A DNA stretch of 63,666 nt, the filler included, from Octopus bimaculoides (Eukaryota), in the NCBI RefSeq assembly GCF_001194135.2. It is 6 parts of 6 records of this genome, joined end to end, with 100 filler letters (N's around TTAATTAATTAA, not from the genome) between each part and the next. Parts side by side here need not be neighbours in the genome. Positions count along the whole stretch, not along the records: positions 1 to 20,565 come from NC_068982.1; positions 20,666 to 49,026 come from NC_068981.1; 4 more parts are not named here. One strand, 5' to 3'. Positions 13,450 to 25,934 of the stretch are shown in pieces (the stretch's first letter is position 1; every line of letters starts with the position of its first letter). The position numbers were made by a program, and so were the translations under genes. The notes beneath the pieces were generated by a model, which worked only from the letters and a program-made list of their open reading frames with translations, was not told the origin of the DNA and did not search any database.

Positions 13450-13610
13450 AGATATCGGCGCAAGAGATTATTCCACCGAGGTCAACTTTGCCTTCCATCA
13501 TTCCGGCGTCGATAAAATAAACACCACCTGAGTACTAGAGTCGTTGTAATAAGCTTATCCCCTCCTCCGGAATTCCTGGCCTTGTGACAAAATTTGAAAT
13601 CAATATTTAA
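13450..13610 (+). mobile_element. SINE family E, 3' part
   Basis: TTCCACCGAGGTCAACTTTGCCTTCCATC..GTCGATAAAATAA core; CCTTGTGACAAAATTTGAAAT tail. Confidence 0.7.
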
Positions 13611-15269
13611 GAGAGAACTGAACTCGCTTATGTTACTATTTATTCTTATATAAATAACTTCTATCATTTATGATAGCAGATAATATAAAGATACAGGGCG
13701 AATTTATAAGTGTACTTGGATTTATCGCCTTACTTTCAGCTTTCAAGTGCTTTGATAATAAATTGTCTTAATATGTTATCAGTTTTCATATCTAGGTAGC
13801 ATATGTATATATCTAGATTTTTCTAAACGACTATACTATTCTGCTATGAAAAATAATATTTTCGTCTGAAAACTACTAAAATTTATTTTGAGCGTAATAT
13901 CAACTATAATTACCAAGCAATTATCAAAGACCTAGGGAAAGACAGACGTTACACTTAAGTATTTATTGTCAGTAATTTACCGAAAAATTTACTCTTTCTA
14001 CAAATAGATTTTCATTGAACATCAATAACAGTATATGCAACACATACTGTATGTCTTCCTTAGAAATATGTAAGAATGTATTGGTCTATATGTTGGGGAA
14101 TTACGGATATTAATATTCAGTTATTCTTAGAAAACAAAAAAAAACTCTTGCTGTTGTATTATTTTAAATTATTTGATCGTTTAAGAAAAAGGAAATTTCG
14201 AAATATATCTAGAAACAAACTGTTGGTGATCTCTGTCATAGATCAGTAGAAAGTTTATATATAATTTCAATTGCAATATTAGAATGATAATTTCCATGAA
14301 TAAATGGTTGAAGCATATATGTCTCCTTCGCTTTATATATGTGAATATACATTTCGTAATTCAAAGGGGATATGAGAAAAACGATTGAATGCATTTACCT
14401 TGAATTCATTTATGAAATTGTGGCAATGTCCACCTTAAACATGATTATTTAAATATAAAACTAGAAATAATGTCTAAGTTCAAATCTCTAGACTGTAATG
14501 AAATGAGTTCTTTATTGTTAGCTATCTAAAACGTTTAAAAAGTATTTTTCTCACAGAATCAAGCATATTTCCTTCACTAATTTTACACATAAAGAATTAT
14601 GATTGCATTGAGACTATATACTTGGCAACTGTATATAAGAAGTCGTTATAGGATTAAGTGAGCAATTAGTAGAGTCTATCACATATTGCAATTATATGAC
14701 AATACCACTCTCCTACAAGCTAAGGAAATTAAATAACACTTTATAAGTTCATTAAACTCTATTAAGTGATGTGCGAAGATGTACGAAGGTAATTATTTTT
14801 AAACCCAATTTTCAGGAGGAATCCGCAAGATTCCTTGATGGATAGCAAAATCCAAATTTAGGGAATGACGATGTATATATTGTTTGCAATCAAATTCAAT
14901 TAAATTTTCTTCCATCGTTAGTTTTCCCCAATCGATTTCTGCTATCAACAGCAGTTTGTCACAATATGACAGTAAACTAACTCTTACAATTGAACTTCTT
15001 ATGGGAATAAAAGCCTGTAATTACTTTGAGACATGTGATGATGCCATTAAGGACTCAGATCAATGATAATGATCCTAGTTAATTTAATACCAACAATGCA
15101 TGAAGCATTGCTGTTAGTTAATGCTATAATCATTTCATGTAGAATTATATTGATGCTAGCCCTGAAATATTGCCTTATAGCCACTAAAAATTTGATGCAT
15201 CTAGGGTTGTAATTTAAACCAAATGTTCGGTGAAGTGAAGCCTAGATTTAAATCTGTTTTTATTGCATA

Positions 15270-15508
15270 TTACAACACACACACACACACAGAGATACAC
15301 ACAAAAATACGCACACGCACATACGCATACACACAAATACACACACGCACACAGCATGCACACAGAGATAGGGCGGAATTTCTTCAGGTTCTGTCTTCGA
15401 TATCCACTCATAAATTATTACTCGGCCCGATGCTATTGTAGACGTGTCCAAGCTGTCAAGCAGTGGGGCTAAACCAGAAACTATGTGGTTGGGAAGTAAA
15501 TTTCATAT
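15270..15508 (-). mobile_element. SINE family A, 5' part with internal (TG)n
   Basis: Reverse complement gives TTCCCAACCACATAGTTTCTGGTTTAGCCCCACTGC head and GAGTGGAT..GAA segment. Confidence 0.7.
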
Positions 15509-16301
15509 CACACACCCTCGGCTTTGCATCCATATATACAAACATACATACATACATACACATATTTATATATATATATATATATATNNNNNNNNNNNNN
15601 NNNNNNNNNNNNNNNNNNNNNNNNNNNNNNNNNNNNNNNNNNNNNNNNNNNNNNNNNNNNNNNNNNNNNNNNNNNNNNNNNNNNNNNNNNNNNNNNNNNN
15701 NNNNNNNNNNNNNNNNNNNNNNNNNNNNNNNNNNNNNNNNNNNNNNNNNNNNNNNNNNNNNNNNNNNNNNNNNNNNNNNNNNNNNNNNNNNNNNNNNNNN
15801 NNNNNNNNNNNNNNNNNNNNNNNNNNNNNNNNNNNNNNNNNNNNNNNNNNNNNNNNNNNNNNNNNNNNNNNNNNNNNNNNNNNNNNNNNNNNNNNNNNNN
15901 NNNNNNNNNNNNNNNNNNNNNNNNNNNNNNNNNNNNNNNNNNNNNNNNNNNNNNNNNNNNNNNNNNNNNNNNNNNNNNNNNNNNNNNNNNNNNNNNNNNN
16001 NNNNNNNNNNNNNNNNNNNNNNNNNNNNNNNNNNNNNNNNNNNNNNNNNNNNNNNNNNNNNNNNNNNNNNNNNNNNNNNNNNNNNNNNNNNNNNNNNNNN
16101 NNNNNNNNNNNNNNNNNNNNNNNNNNNNNNNNNNNNNNNNNNNNNNNNNNNNNNNNNNNNNNNNNNNNNNNNNNNNNNNNNNNNNNNNNNNNNNNNNNNN
16201 NNNNNNNNNNNNNNNNNNNNNNNNNTATATATATATATGTATGTATATATATATATATATATATATTTACTTACACAAAAATCTATCTATCCGTAAATGT
16301 G

Positions 16302-16348
<47 letters not shown>

Positions 16349-16399
16349 TCCCATCTTCGTATCAATATATTTATCTCTATATACATATTTGTGTGAGTG

Positions 16400-16590
16400 T
16401 CTTTGTCACTAAGCACCGCACCTACCACTGCTTGACAACTACTGTTATGTTGAGCACATTCATGTAACTTAGCGATCCTGTAAAAAAAAACATTCGATAA
16501 AAAAAAGTACTAGGCTCAAAAGTAAATAACAACTAAGGGCTATTAGTTCGACTATTATTCTTCCAGGCAGAACTTCAGCATGACTGCAGT
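16400..16590 (+). mobile_element. SINE family A, 3' part
   Basis: GCTTGACAAC..GTAACTTAGCG..AAGTACTAGGCT..CAGCATGACTGCAGT. Confidence 0.65.
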
Positions 16591-16647
16591 GTAATGAATG
16601 AAACAAAGAAAATGCATAAAAATAAAGATGAAAGATATATTTATAAA

Positions 16648-16679
<32 letters not shown>

Positions 16680-16689
16680 GTATGTATGT

Positions 16690-17245
16690 GCTGCGTCGGT
16701 TCTGCACTGGAATAGATGTAACCGTTGCCCATATTACGAACGAAGGACCTGGACTTGCCCCAAACCATTACAAAGTGTGGTGACATGATCAAATAGCGAA
16801 AGTGGTACATTGGAAATTGTGTAAAAAGTTGGTCCTAGAGAGATGCACGATGTGGTATGAACCCAAACTACAGAGAGTGGTGAGTCCGAGACTAGTAAAA
16901 TCATCTGGGCTTTCCCAATACAAACAGAATAGGTGTTAGAGCATAAAGACAGGAACTAGTTGTGGTCGACAAAATGCAGAACATATGCCATATAGTTTCT
17001 GTTGCATGTCACTTTGACCCACGAATAATCGAGAAGGAAGATGAGAATATAGATAAATACAACCCTCTTAAGTACGAAATAGCCAGGCTAAGGAAAAACA
17101 ATAAGGTGAAATTATTGTTGGGTGGAAACAGTATCAGAAGGCATCAAGGGGAATATAAATTGGAATACAATGCTCTGTAGAACTATTACAAACGGTTTGC
17201 CTCCTTGGCATGGCCAGAATAATCAGGGAAGTACTAGATAACTGA
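16690..17245 (+). mobile_element. R4/Dong-like (RLE-type) LINE 3' region, pseudogenised
   Basis: CRFC..TVAHI..LAPNHYKVW*HDQIAKVVHWKLC (decayed CCHC finger), VVVDK..ICHIVSVACHFD..EKE..DKYNPLKYEIARL (RLE endonuclease), C-terminal CLLGMARIIREVL. Confidence 0.8.
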
Positions 17246-17731
17246 AAGGAGTGGATAGTATGGTTCACTTTGCTGCATGTAGCAAACCCGCTAAGCATGT
17301 AAGATTCCAGGTGTTCCAACATAACCTGTGAGAAAGAGAAGTAATAATGCATGTATGTAATTTAGAAATGTTTCAATGCATCGCTACGCTCGTTTCCTCA
17401 AATCACATGTTTCTTATGACAATCGTTTGTATTCCTAGGAGGATTACAGCATAGTTCTTTATATTCTTAGACATCAAGTGGGTTGTAATTCATGTGTTCA
17501 TCTTCTCGGGTGATATATATAATATGCTTGTGGAAATGAGTTGATGGTTTCTCAATTAAAATTTCAGTTCGTCGTCGAAGATTCCAGGAACTTCTAAAGT
17601 GAAACAATAACACTCAGCTATAAATGCATTGCTTCTTATAGTTGAAACAGCAATATGCTATTAACGCACATTACATAGTTTTTGTCCCGTGCTATTTAAT
17701 TAGTATTTTATACATACATACATGCATACAC

Positions 17732-17786
<55 letters not shown>

Positions 17787-18487
17787 NNNNNNNNNNNNNN
17801 NNNNNNNNNNNNNNNNNNNNNNNNNNNNNNNNNNNNNNNNNNNNNNNNNNNNNNNNNNNNNNNNNNNNNNNNNNNNNNNNNNNNNNNNNNNNNNNNNNNN
17901 NNNNNNNNNNNNNNNNNNNNNNNNNNNNNNNNNNNNNNNNNNNNNNNNNNNNNNNNNNNNNNNNNNNNNNNNNNNNNNNNNNNNNNNNNNNNNNNNNNNN
18001 NNNNNNNNNNNNNNNNNNNNNNNNNNNNNNNNNNNTATATATATATATATATATGCATATATAATATAGTTCTTCAACCACAAATATATAGGTTATTTAA
18101 CTACTATATAAAAGGATATAAACATTTACAGAAAACTCAGTCGAGAATTAATTGAAGGGTAGGTAAGATTAAAGAGATTTGTATACAGTATCAGACACTA
18201 TTTTGGGAATTCCACTCAATACTACTTACTTTGAAATCGGAAACGTTTAGTTTAAGAGGAATACATGAAGTATCCAATATTTTTCTTAATATTATTTTCT
18301 GGGGAAAGTAGTAATCTAAGTAGAAATGTGAATTTTGAAATAAAGGACACGGCTTGAAAATAAAATTCAATTTTAAGGAACCGATTAACACTTTCTTTCA
18401 TCTATACACTGCTTTCTTTTAAATTAAGCTGTGAACATATTTGTTAATATATCTCAACTTTTGCGGCATTTTCTCTGTCTTTTCTTT

Positions 18488-18632
18488 CGGGGTTGAAATG
18501 CCGCTGGGGTCGACGTTACCTTTCATCATTTTGGTGTCGATATAATAAATAAAAATTGAGCATAGAGGCTGATTTAATCGACTCTGCTCCACAAAAAAAC
18601 TGGCCTATTGCCAAAACTTTGAAACCAATATT
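18488..18632 (+). mobile_element. SINE family E fragment
   Basis: GGGGTCGACGTTACCTTTCATC..GTCGATATAA core. Confidence 0.55.
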
Positions 18633-19293
18633 ATGTCAAACATTGGTCTTTTAATGATTCTAGAGGTCTTGGACGAAATACATATGAAAACAATTCTATT
18701 AAGAGGTAATAAATCAACGCATGGCAAAATATATGAAGTTGAGTATTTGTGGACATTGATTCAAATGAAACAACAATAAATTATGCGACAAGGTTTCTAT
18801 GAAATTTTGAATTCTTTTCTATTTCCCTTGGGAATATATATTGCAGCGGGCTATTATATTTTGATGATTTTATAGAAGCGCATGTCAGTAGGGAATGAGG
18901 CACAATTACACAAAAGCAACACGGTAAGGGTAATAAATGAAGTTATAAAGGATCTGGAGAAATTTGAAATTGATAAGTATTATTACGGTAAAATAGATAA
19001 CCAATAGATTCCCGTAGTCACTTAGTCGACGCGGTATGAAGTCGTGGTATTATGAAGAGGTATTGCATAACCATGGCAATCGTAGTGCGTTTACGTTGAA
19101 CTACAGTGAGGTAGTTGATGGATCATCTGATTTCATCACACCTGAATTGACGCCTAAGAGCCGAGTAGCTATTGAAAGTTAAAACACTTGGTTTCCTTCG
19201 CATGCATAATCAGCGAGACACAGTTTTAGCTTGACAATGCGCCTTAAATACTTCAGTATATTTTCTTTATACCCACATTTACCCACAATCTAT

Positions 19294-19492
19294 GAGTGGT
19301 GAGCTGGCTGAATAATTAGCACGCCGGGCAAAATGCTTAGCTGCATTTCGCTTGTTTTTAAAATTCTTCCGAGATCGACTTTGCATTTCATCAGTCCGGC
19401 AGCGATACAATATATGCCAGTTTAACACTGGGGTCGATATAACTAATTTGAGCCATTCCTCGAACGTTGTACCAAAGTTTAAAATTAATATA
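19294..19492 (+). mobile_element. SINE family E
   Basis: GTGGTGAGCTGGCTGAA..TTAGCACGCCGGGCAAAATGCTTAGC head collinear with 62764-62985. Confidence 0.75.
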
Positions 19493-19628
19493 TGGTGGAC
19501 CGAAGGTTTTGAAAATGAAAATTGTCCACGATGACCTAGAATGGGATTGAATCCCGATCCTTTTCTTTGCGAACTAACGTTCATAATCGACAGTGTGTAC
19601 AACTGTATTCTAGCCACAATTGTACATA

Positions 19629-20193
19629 CAGGGTGGCCGAAAAGTAGGTTTACAGTTATCATGTAGGCACTTTACATTTCTTTTAAAATATTTTAATGAA
19701 TTTAAATTTTTATCTTACAATCATTGTTTATGTACATCTTAAAGAATGTTTAATCTCTTAGATGCTCAAAATGCCCCCCTTTAACATTGCAACATACTTC
19801 AAACCTCTTCAGAACACTTTAGCACACACTACGGCACGAATGCCGATCTCCATCAATTTCAGTGATTGCGTCAGAAATGTAATCTTTTAATTCATCTACC
19901 CTTTAGGGATTTTTCTCATAAAGCCTGTTCCTTATAACATTCTTCAAAAAGAAATCCATTGGTGTCAGATCAGGTGAACGTGGTGGCCATTCGATGCTAC
20001 CCCGTCTGCCAAACCAACGCTGTGGAACGACTTGGTTCAGGTAGTCTCTTACTGTCAACACATAATGTGGAGATGCCCCATCTTGCTGAATAATGGTTTC
20101 ATATTTTTTTTTTATAATTAACATCTAATCTGTTAATATATGAATGTGAAAAAGATAGTTGAATTACTGTAAACCTACATTTGGGCCACCCTG
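19629..20193 (-). mobile_element. Non-autonomous Tc1/mariner element, DD41D type, with both TIRs and TA duplications
   Basis: CAGGGTGGCCGAAAAGTAGGTTTACAGT vs reverse complement of ACTGTAAACCTACATTTGGGCCACCCTG, TA on both sides; QQDGASPH..WPPRSPDLTPMD with 41 residues between the last two Asp. Confidence 0.9.
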
Positions 20194-20493
20194 TATAAAT
20201 AATGCATCACTTTCACTGGAAGACAAAAACTATAATATGCACTCCATTTAAATTAATACAAAGAAGTACAAACAGAGAAAGAGGCACATACATATTATGC
20301 AAATGTGGCATAGTTGTGATGGTACGTTTCACGCGACATGCGATAAAACAAGACTGAATCAGTGTTAGAATTGTAGCTAAGCAAATCGAAAAAAACATTC
20401 AATGCTAAATTTAATTCTATCACAATAATCGAGAAATACATATCGAAACCCGTGTATATGCACATGAATTTCAAGCTGATAAACACAAACATA

Positions 20494-20565
<72 letters not shown>

Positions 20566-20609
20566 NNNNNNNNNNNNNNNNNNNNNNNNNNNNNNNNNNN
20601 NNNNNNNNN

Positions 20610-20621
20610 TTAATTAATTAA
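20610..20621. other. Assembly gap marker TTAATTAATTAA
   Basis: Identical 12-mer flanked by N runs (44 N each side counted at this copy); also at 49071, 51654, 55140, 61012. Confidence 0.95.
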
Positions 20622-20665
20622 NNNNNNNNNNNNNNNNNNNNNNNNNNNNNNNNNNNNNNNNNNNN

Positions 20666-20717
<52 letters not shown>

Positions 20718-20722
20718 CATCA

Positions 20723-20782
<60 letters not shown>
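20666..20782. repeat. (TTA)n/(TCA)n microsatellite
   Basis: Directly visible. Confidence 0.95.
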
Positions 20783-20783
<1 letters not shown>

Positions 20784-20890
20784 TGCCTTTGCACAGCTTC
20801 TAACGCTGGAGATGTATTATTACAGTTTAAGCTTTTCACTATCAATGAACTAAGGTAACACCTTATTTTTCGAGCACCATGCTGTTCGTT
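20783..20890 (-). mobile_element. Probable extreme 3' end of an R4/Dong-like LINE
   Basis: Minus strand reads V-L-E-K-stop, about 95 nt UTR, then a (TGA/TAA)n tail. Confidence 0.45.
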
Positions 20891-20934
20891 CTTTTCAGCT
20901 ATCTAATAATTTCCTGATTATTATCATTATTGTT

Positions 20935-20980
<46 letters not shown>

Positions 20981-21552
20981 CTTTCAAACATATTTTTGGA
21001 GGATATTGTGTTTCTATGCTTCTGATTTCTAACAGCGAATTGTTGTTAGATATTATCGCTTTTGATCTTGCCTTACACATTAAATACATAATTTTTGAAA
21101 TTTTAATTCTTACTATCCTTAAATGATGCTAAACTGGTTCTATTTTGAGTGAACAGATCGGATCGTATTGTAACTGCAATGGTTCATTCACAGATATGGA
21201 CAGTTTTCTAATCAATCTTAAAATATTGTTTAAACATTTTCGTGCAAGCTTTTATTATTCGGATGAACATGAAAGCGTGCATGCCAATTGTTGTTCTATT
21301 TTCGCCCTATTATTATATTGCCATAAAAGCTAGATTGGTCTAGATGGTATTTAGATTTATTGTATTTAGCGACCTTGGAAGGAAACTGGATGTCACTTTA
21401 AAGCCATTTCATTACTAAACGCTATTGTAATTGCTATCATCGATATGAAATTCTGTCAAGCACTGCATGTATATATATATCATGCATAAATATGTGTTGC
21501 ACATACGATCGCATGATACTTGCTTCAATTACTAAACTGTGTGGTCTAAGAA

Positions 21553-21858
21553 ATGGTGGCGCAATGGCCCAGTGGTTAGGGCAGCGGACTCGCGGTCGGA
21601 GGATCACAGTTTCAATTCCCAATTGTGTGTGTTTATTGAGCGAAATCACCTAAAGCTCCATAAGGCTCCGGCAGGGGGTGGCGTGGCGACCCCTGTTGTA
21701 ATCTTTTCCCCCAACTTTCTCTCACACTTTCTTCCTGTTACTTGAGTAGCGCTGCGATGGACTGGCGTCCCGTCCAGCTAGGAGAAACCCATACGCCATA
21801 GAAACCGGAAAACCGGGCTCATGAACCTGGCTAGGCTTTAAAAGGGCGCATAAAAAAA
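21553..21858 (+). mobile_element. Full-length tRNA-derived SINE, head H2 + tail T3, with 12-bp TSD
   Basis: TGGCCCAGTGG A box and GTTTCAATTCC B-box-like; short A tail; GTGGTCTAAGAA at 21541-52 and 21859-70. Confidence 0.9.
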
Positions 21859-21879
21859 GTGGTCTAAGAATATCATATT

Positions 21880-22640
21880 TACGAGTGAGTACCTAAAAGA
21901 AACCGGAATTTTGCAATGTTATTTTATTCATTTAGTTTTACGTTTTTACACTTTTATCGACTTCAAAGTATTCTCCATAGGAATCAGTGTATCGGTCCAG
22001 ACAAGCTTTCCACTGTTCGCAGCTGTGCTGGAACTCTTGCAAAGCGATGCCTTTTGACGCCTCCGTCGTTCTTTCCCCTCACCTCTTTCCACATCTGCAA
22101 ATTCTTTTGCACCAGATTTTATCACCAGCGATGACCTTCATACAGAGGTTCGGATAAATTCCAACTCATTTTGCAGTTTATGACAGGCATTCAGTCGTCA
22201 CTGCATCTGATGTTCAGTGAGGAAGCGAGGCACATATTTTGTTGCAACTCTTTTCATTTGCAATTCCTCCCTCAATAGCTTCAATATACACTAATCATAT
22301 CAATCATAATGTTAAGTGTTCAGTGATGATCCCCCGAGATCAATTCATGAATTTCCATGATGTTTTCATTTGTTTAGGTTGTCGACGCTTGCCTTGAACG
22401 AAATTGGTATTCAAGCGACAAGTGACTATTCCTAAAGCGCGAACACCACTCGTAAACTTGTGTTTTGCGCATGACAGCGGCCTTCTAAGCTGTTTCAAGC
22501 ATGACAACTGCTTCACTCGCCGTTTTCTCGACAGAAAACACAATTTCACGGAAGCACGCTGTTCCTTCGTTTCAGCCATCGCAAAAATCGACGAACAGGG
22601 AAATTCGTATATACTAAAGTAAACGCGGCTAATACTAAAG
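21880..22640 (-). mobile_element. Internally deleted mariner-like element, same family as 3743-4598
   Basis: MAETKEQRASVKLCFL from ATG at 22579; TIR TACGAGTGAGTACCTAAAAGAAACCGG at 21880; catalytic core deleted. Confidence 0.85.
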
Positions 22641-22874
22641 TAACGGACACATTTAAAGAAGGCTGACTGAATATGTAACAAGTCATTAAGGTCACACATA
22701 TGTACACTCTCTGTACATATTTCACCGCCATCCATAAACTCCAGATCCAAACGAATTGTAGGTTCCAAGTTAAGTGAAGGATACACAATATACAATTGAT
22801 GGTCTGCCGTTCACTAGAGCAGTTTCAGAAGTGATTTCTGTGGAAAACCATATGGCACTATGTATGTATATAAA

Positions 22875-22915
<41 letters not shown>

Positions 22916-22931
22916 GTGTGTGTGTGTGCGT

Positions 22932-23100
22932 GTGGAGGCGCAATGGCGAGTGCTTAGGGCAGCGAAAACTCGGTTGGAGGATCGCGGTTTAGATTCCCAG
23001 ACCGGACATTGTGTGTGTTTATTGAGCGAAAACACCTAAATCTCCACGAGTCTCCAGCAGTGGTTGGTGGCGACCCTTGTTGTGCTCTTTCACTCCAACT
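22932..23100 (+). mobile_element. SINE head H2, cut by an N gap
   Basis: GTGGAGGCGCAATGG..GTGTTTATTGAGCGAAAACACCTAAA. Confidence 0.85.
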
Positions 23101-23377
23101 NNNNNNNNNNNNNNNNNNNNNNNNNNNNNNNNNNNNNNNNNNNNNNNNNNNNNNNNNNNNNNNNNNNNNNNNNNNNNNNNNNNNNNNNNNNNNNNNNNNN
23201 NNNNNNNNNNNNNNNNNNNNNNNNNNNNNNNNNNNNNNNNNNNNNNNNNNNNNNNNNNNNNNNNNNNNNNNNNNNNNNNNNNNNNNNNNNNNNNNNNNNN
23301 NNNNNNNNNNNNNNNNNNNNNNNNNNNNNNNNNNNNNNNNNNNNNNNNNNNNNNNNNTATATATATATATATATATT

Positions 23378-23606
23378 GTTGAAAAATATCGTTATAGGTA
23401 TAAAAATAACAAACAATTATAGAAAAATGGAGGAGAAAAAGATGTTGACTGAAAATTAGATTTAATACGAAATAGGATTCAATACATACGCGAGTATGGA
23501 TTGAATCCTATTCTGTATTAAATCAATTTCGATTCAATATCATTTTCTCTTCCATTTTTCTATAATTGTTTATGGTATTTTTATACCTATAATGATATTT
23601 TTCAAC
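23378..23606. repeat. 229-bp imperfect palindrome (fold-back element)
   Basis: Arms of about 112 bp, roughly 85% complementary by eye, closed by CATAC-GCGA-GTATG. Confidence 0.9.
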
Positions 23607-23879
23607 TACTATTTTCATATTCTCATTACTTGCTCTCGCTGTTTTTTTATGAATATGATTAATCTTTGTTAGAATTCATTCTGTCCCTCTTGTTGGACCT
23701 CTCATTAAGTTTGAATTGCTCTCTTTTGAACTTATTTTTCCCCTATATATATATAAGCACAGAGAGAGACAGAGAGGAGTATATATATGTACACACCCTT
23801 AGGTCATCAACATATATCATCTGTAGTCTCCCTCTTCTACTGCGTCCGTGTAGCGGCTATCACAGGAGCACTGAATGCA

Positions 23880-24082
23880 GTATCAACGGTCAATGACGGT
23901 GATGATGGCCAGCTAACCGCAGTCTCCTCTGTGTTATTTTCGAGTTAACTACTTGGAGGTTTTCGTATAGCTCTGAGTTCGTATAGCTCAGTATTTTCGT
24001 GTAGGACACATCCACCATCTGAGTAATTTTCTTGCTCAATGCCCAAGTCCTAAACGTGTAGAAAAACATAGATTCCACTGCA
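23880..24082 (-). mobile_element. RTE-clade LINE RT C-terminal fragment
   Basis: ESMFFYTFRTWALSK..NSELY..KITQRRLRLAGH resembles the RTE signature LLYG.E.W.L..N.ELY..RRLRLAGH. Confidence 0.7.
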
Positions 24083-24320
24083 TCATGAAAAATAATTAAA
24101 GCATGAAAAACAACTAAATTGTAGAAAAATTGAATGAAATGTGTTTTTAAAAATATTTCATAGTTTTCAAATACAAGGGATATTTTCCCTCTTTCTGTCT
24201 GTCTCTCTTTTTTTTTTACTTTTGTAAAAGAGCGTTAAACTAATACATCTGTTTTCTTGTTTACACACTCGTCTTCGTCTTTTGATTGTTGAATCATACA
24301 TATATTTATATATAATCATA

Positions 24321-24367
<47 letters not shown>

Positions 24368-25886
24368 TATTTTATTTAAAAGAGTTCCAACTCTGTTTGT
24401 TCTTTATGATTTTTATTTATATTCTTGTAAAATTTATGTGGTATATAGAATATGGAATATGTATGTACGTATGTATGTATATAAATATATATATATACAA
24501 ACATATATACTTATATGTGTGTATGTATGTATGTACATGTGTGTGTCTATGTTTGTATATCGCATGAAAAGTGCTGAAACATTATCACTCTTAGGATATA
24601 AGTATTTTAATAGAGTATACATTAATTTGGGAATAATAGATAAGCAGACACCTTCTAGGTTTCTGCTGACATCGATCAAAACTTTTGATTGATATAACTG
24701 TCATTAACTTTATGAAATTATATTATTTTACTTTGCATTTGCACGTTATATAGAGAATAGAATGTATATCTATATAGTTTAATGGAGTGAATGCGGAAGC
24801 TGGTTACTTGTTGCTTATCCTGATGGGAATGACAGTCAAGTTCCTTCGCTAATGTATGTCATATATACGTATTTCATTGGAAAAATCATTTTCTGATATT
24901 CATGTACAACAATGCGATGTTTACAAGTGGAACGCATTTAATCAACGATTTATCGAATGAGAAGCTGACATGTGTCTTCACATCATAAATATAATGAAAT
25001 ATGAGAGGAAATGGTTACACAGAATTCGATGTAGCAAGGTTTTAGATGATTCAACATGTAGGAAGACAAACAATAAATTATTGTTTTATATTTCTACAAT
25101 ATAAATAGAAAATATATAACTTTACAATGTAATTCATCATTGATATCGGAATGCTCAGTGATGTGAGGTCTACTCCGATTTCAACCGGAAGCGTTGATAG
25201 ATTTTTCAAATTTGTGTAATATTTTAGCTGAAATCACTACAAAATTGATATCTTTATAAGAAAATCATACCGAACCATATACATATACGAAAAGGAAGAC
25301 TATGTTATAGCGAGAAAGATTAATTAGTGAATGTATAGATCAATGTATGTCACAACTGAGTAAAACCTGACTTCTTTCCTAATCTTGGTTTTACCAGTAA
25401 CACAGCATATTCGATAGACATAAATTTGCCTATATCCATAGATACGTTTATTTATATATGTATGCATGCTTATATGTATGTATATTATGTATAAAACAGA
25501 ATATACACAGTGACAATAGTTAACTGGTCGAGTGTCGAAGTCACTGTCAATAATATTCTTGTTTACGAATAATACATTTTTAATCTACAAGTTATATAGT
25601 AAACCGTCTGGTGAATGTAAATATAAAAACACAGGGATATATATATATAATCATAATTAAGGGATCAGCAAATATTTGCTTCACCATATACCGAAGTTCA
25701 GAAATAGCAGCTAAAAAAGCTGAGAATCCCACAGATAGCGTCACTTGTAACTCACAAAGGCAAAAACAACAAGAAAAAAACAATGAAAAACCAACCATTC
25801 CGAAGGTTGGGCTTGGTAAAAATTATTAATTGTTAATTGATTTATTAATTAATAAATTGATAATCCTTTACCCTTTTAATTTGTAA

Positions 25887-25933
<47 letters not shown>

Positions 25934-25934
<1 letters not shown>

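Noticed and set aside
15444-16412. Long ORFs in the track such as 322 aa, 338 aa and 261 aa
   Set aside because: They span N gaps and dinucleotide repeats (poly-X, YIYI, CVCV).
19107-19146. TGAGGTAGT let-7-like seed in a small hairpin
   Set aside because: Only 9 nt match let-7 and the stem is too short for a pre-miRNA.
21553-21630. tRNA-like sequences with A/B boxes
   Set aside because: They continue into SINE bodies and lack a complete cloverleaf; these are SINE heads, not tRNA genes.
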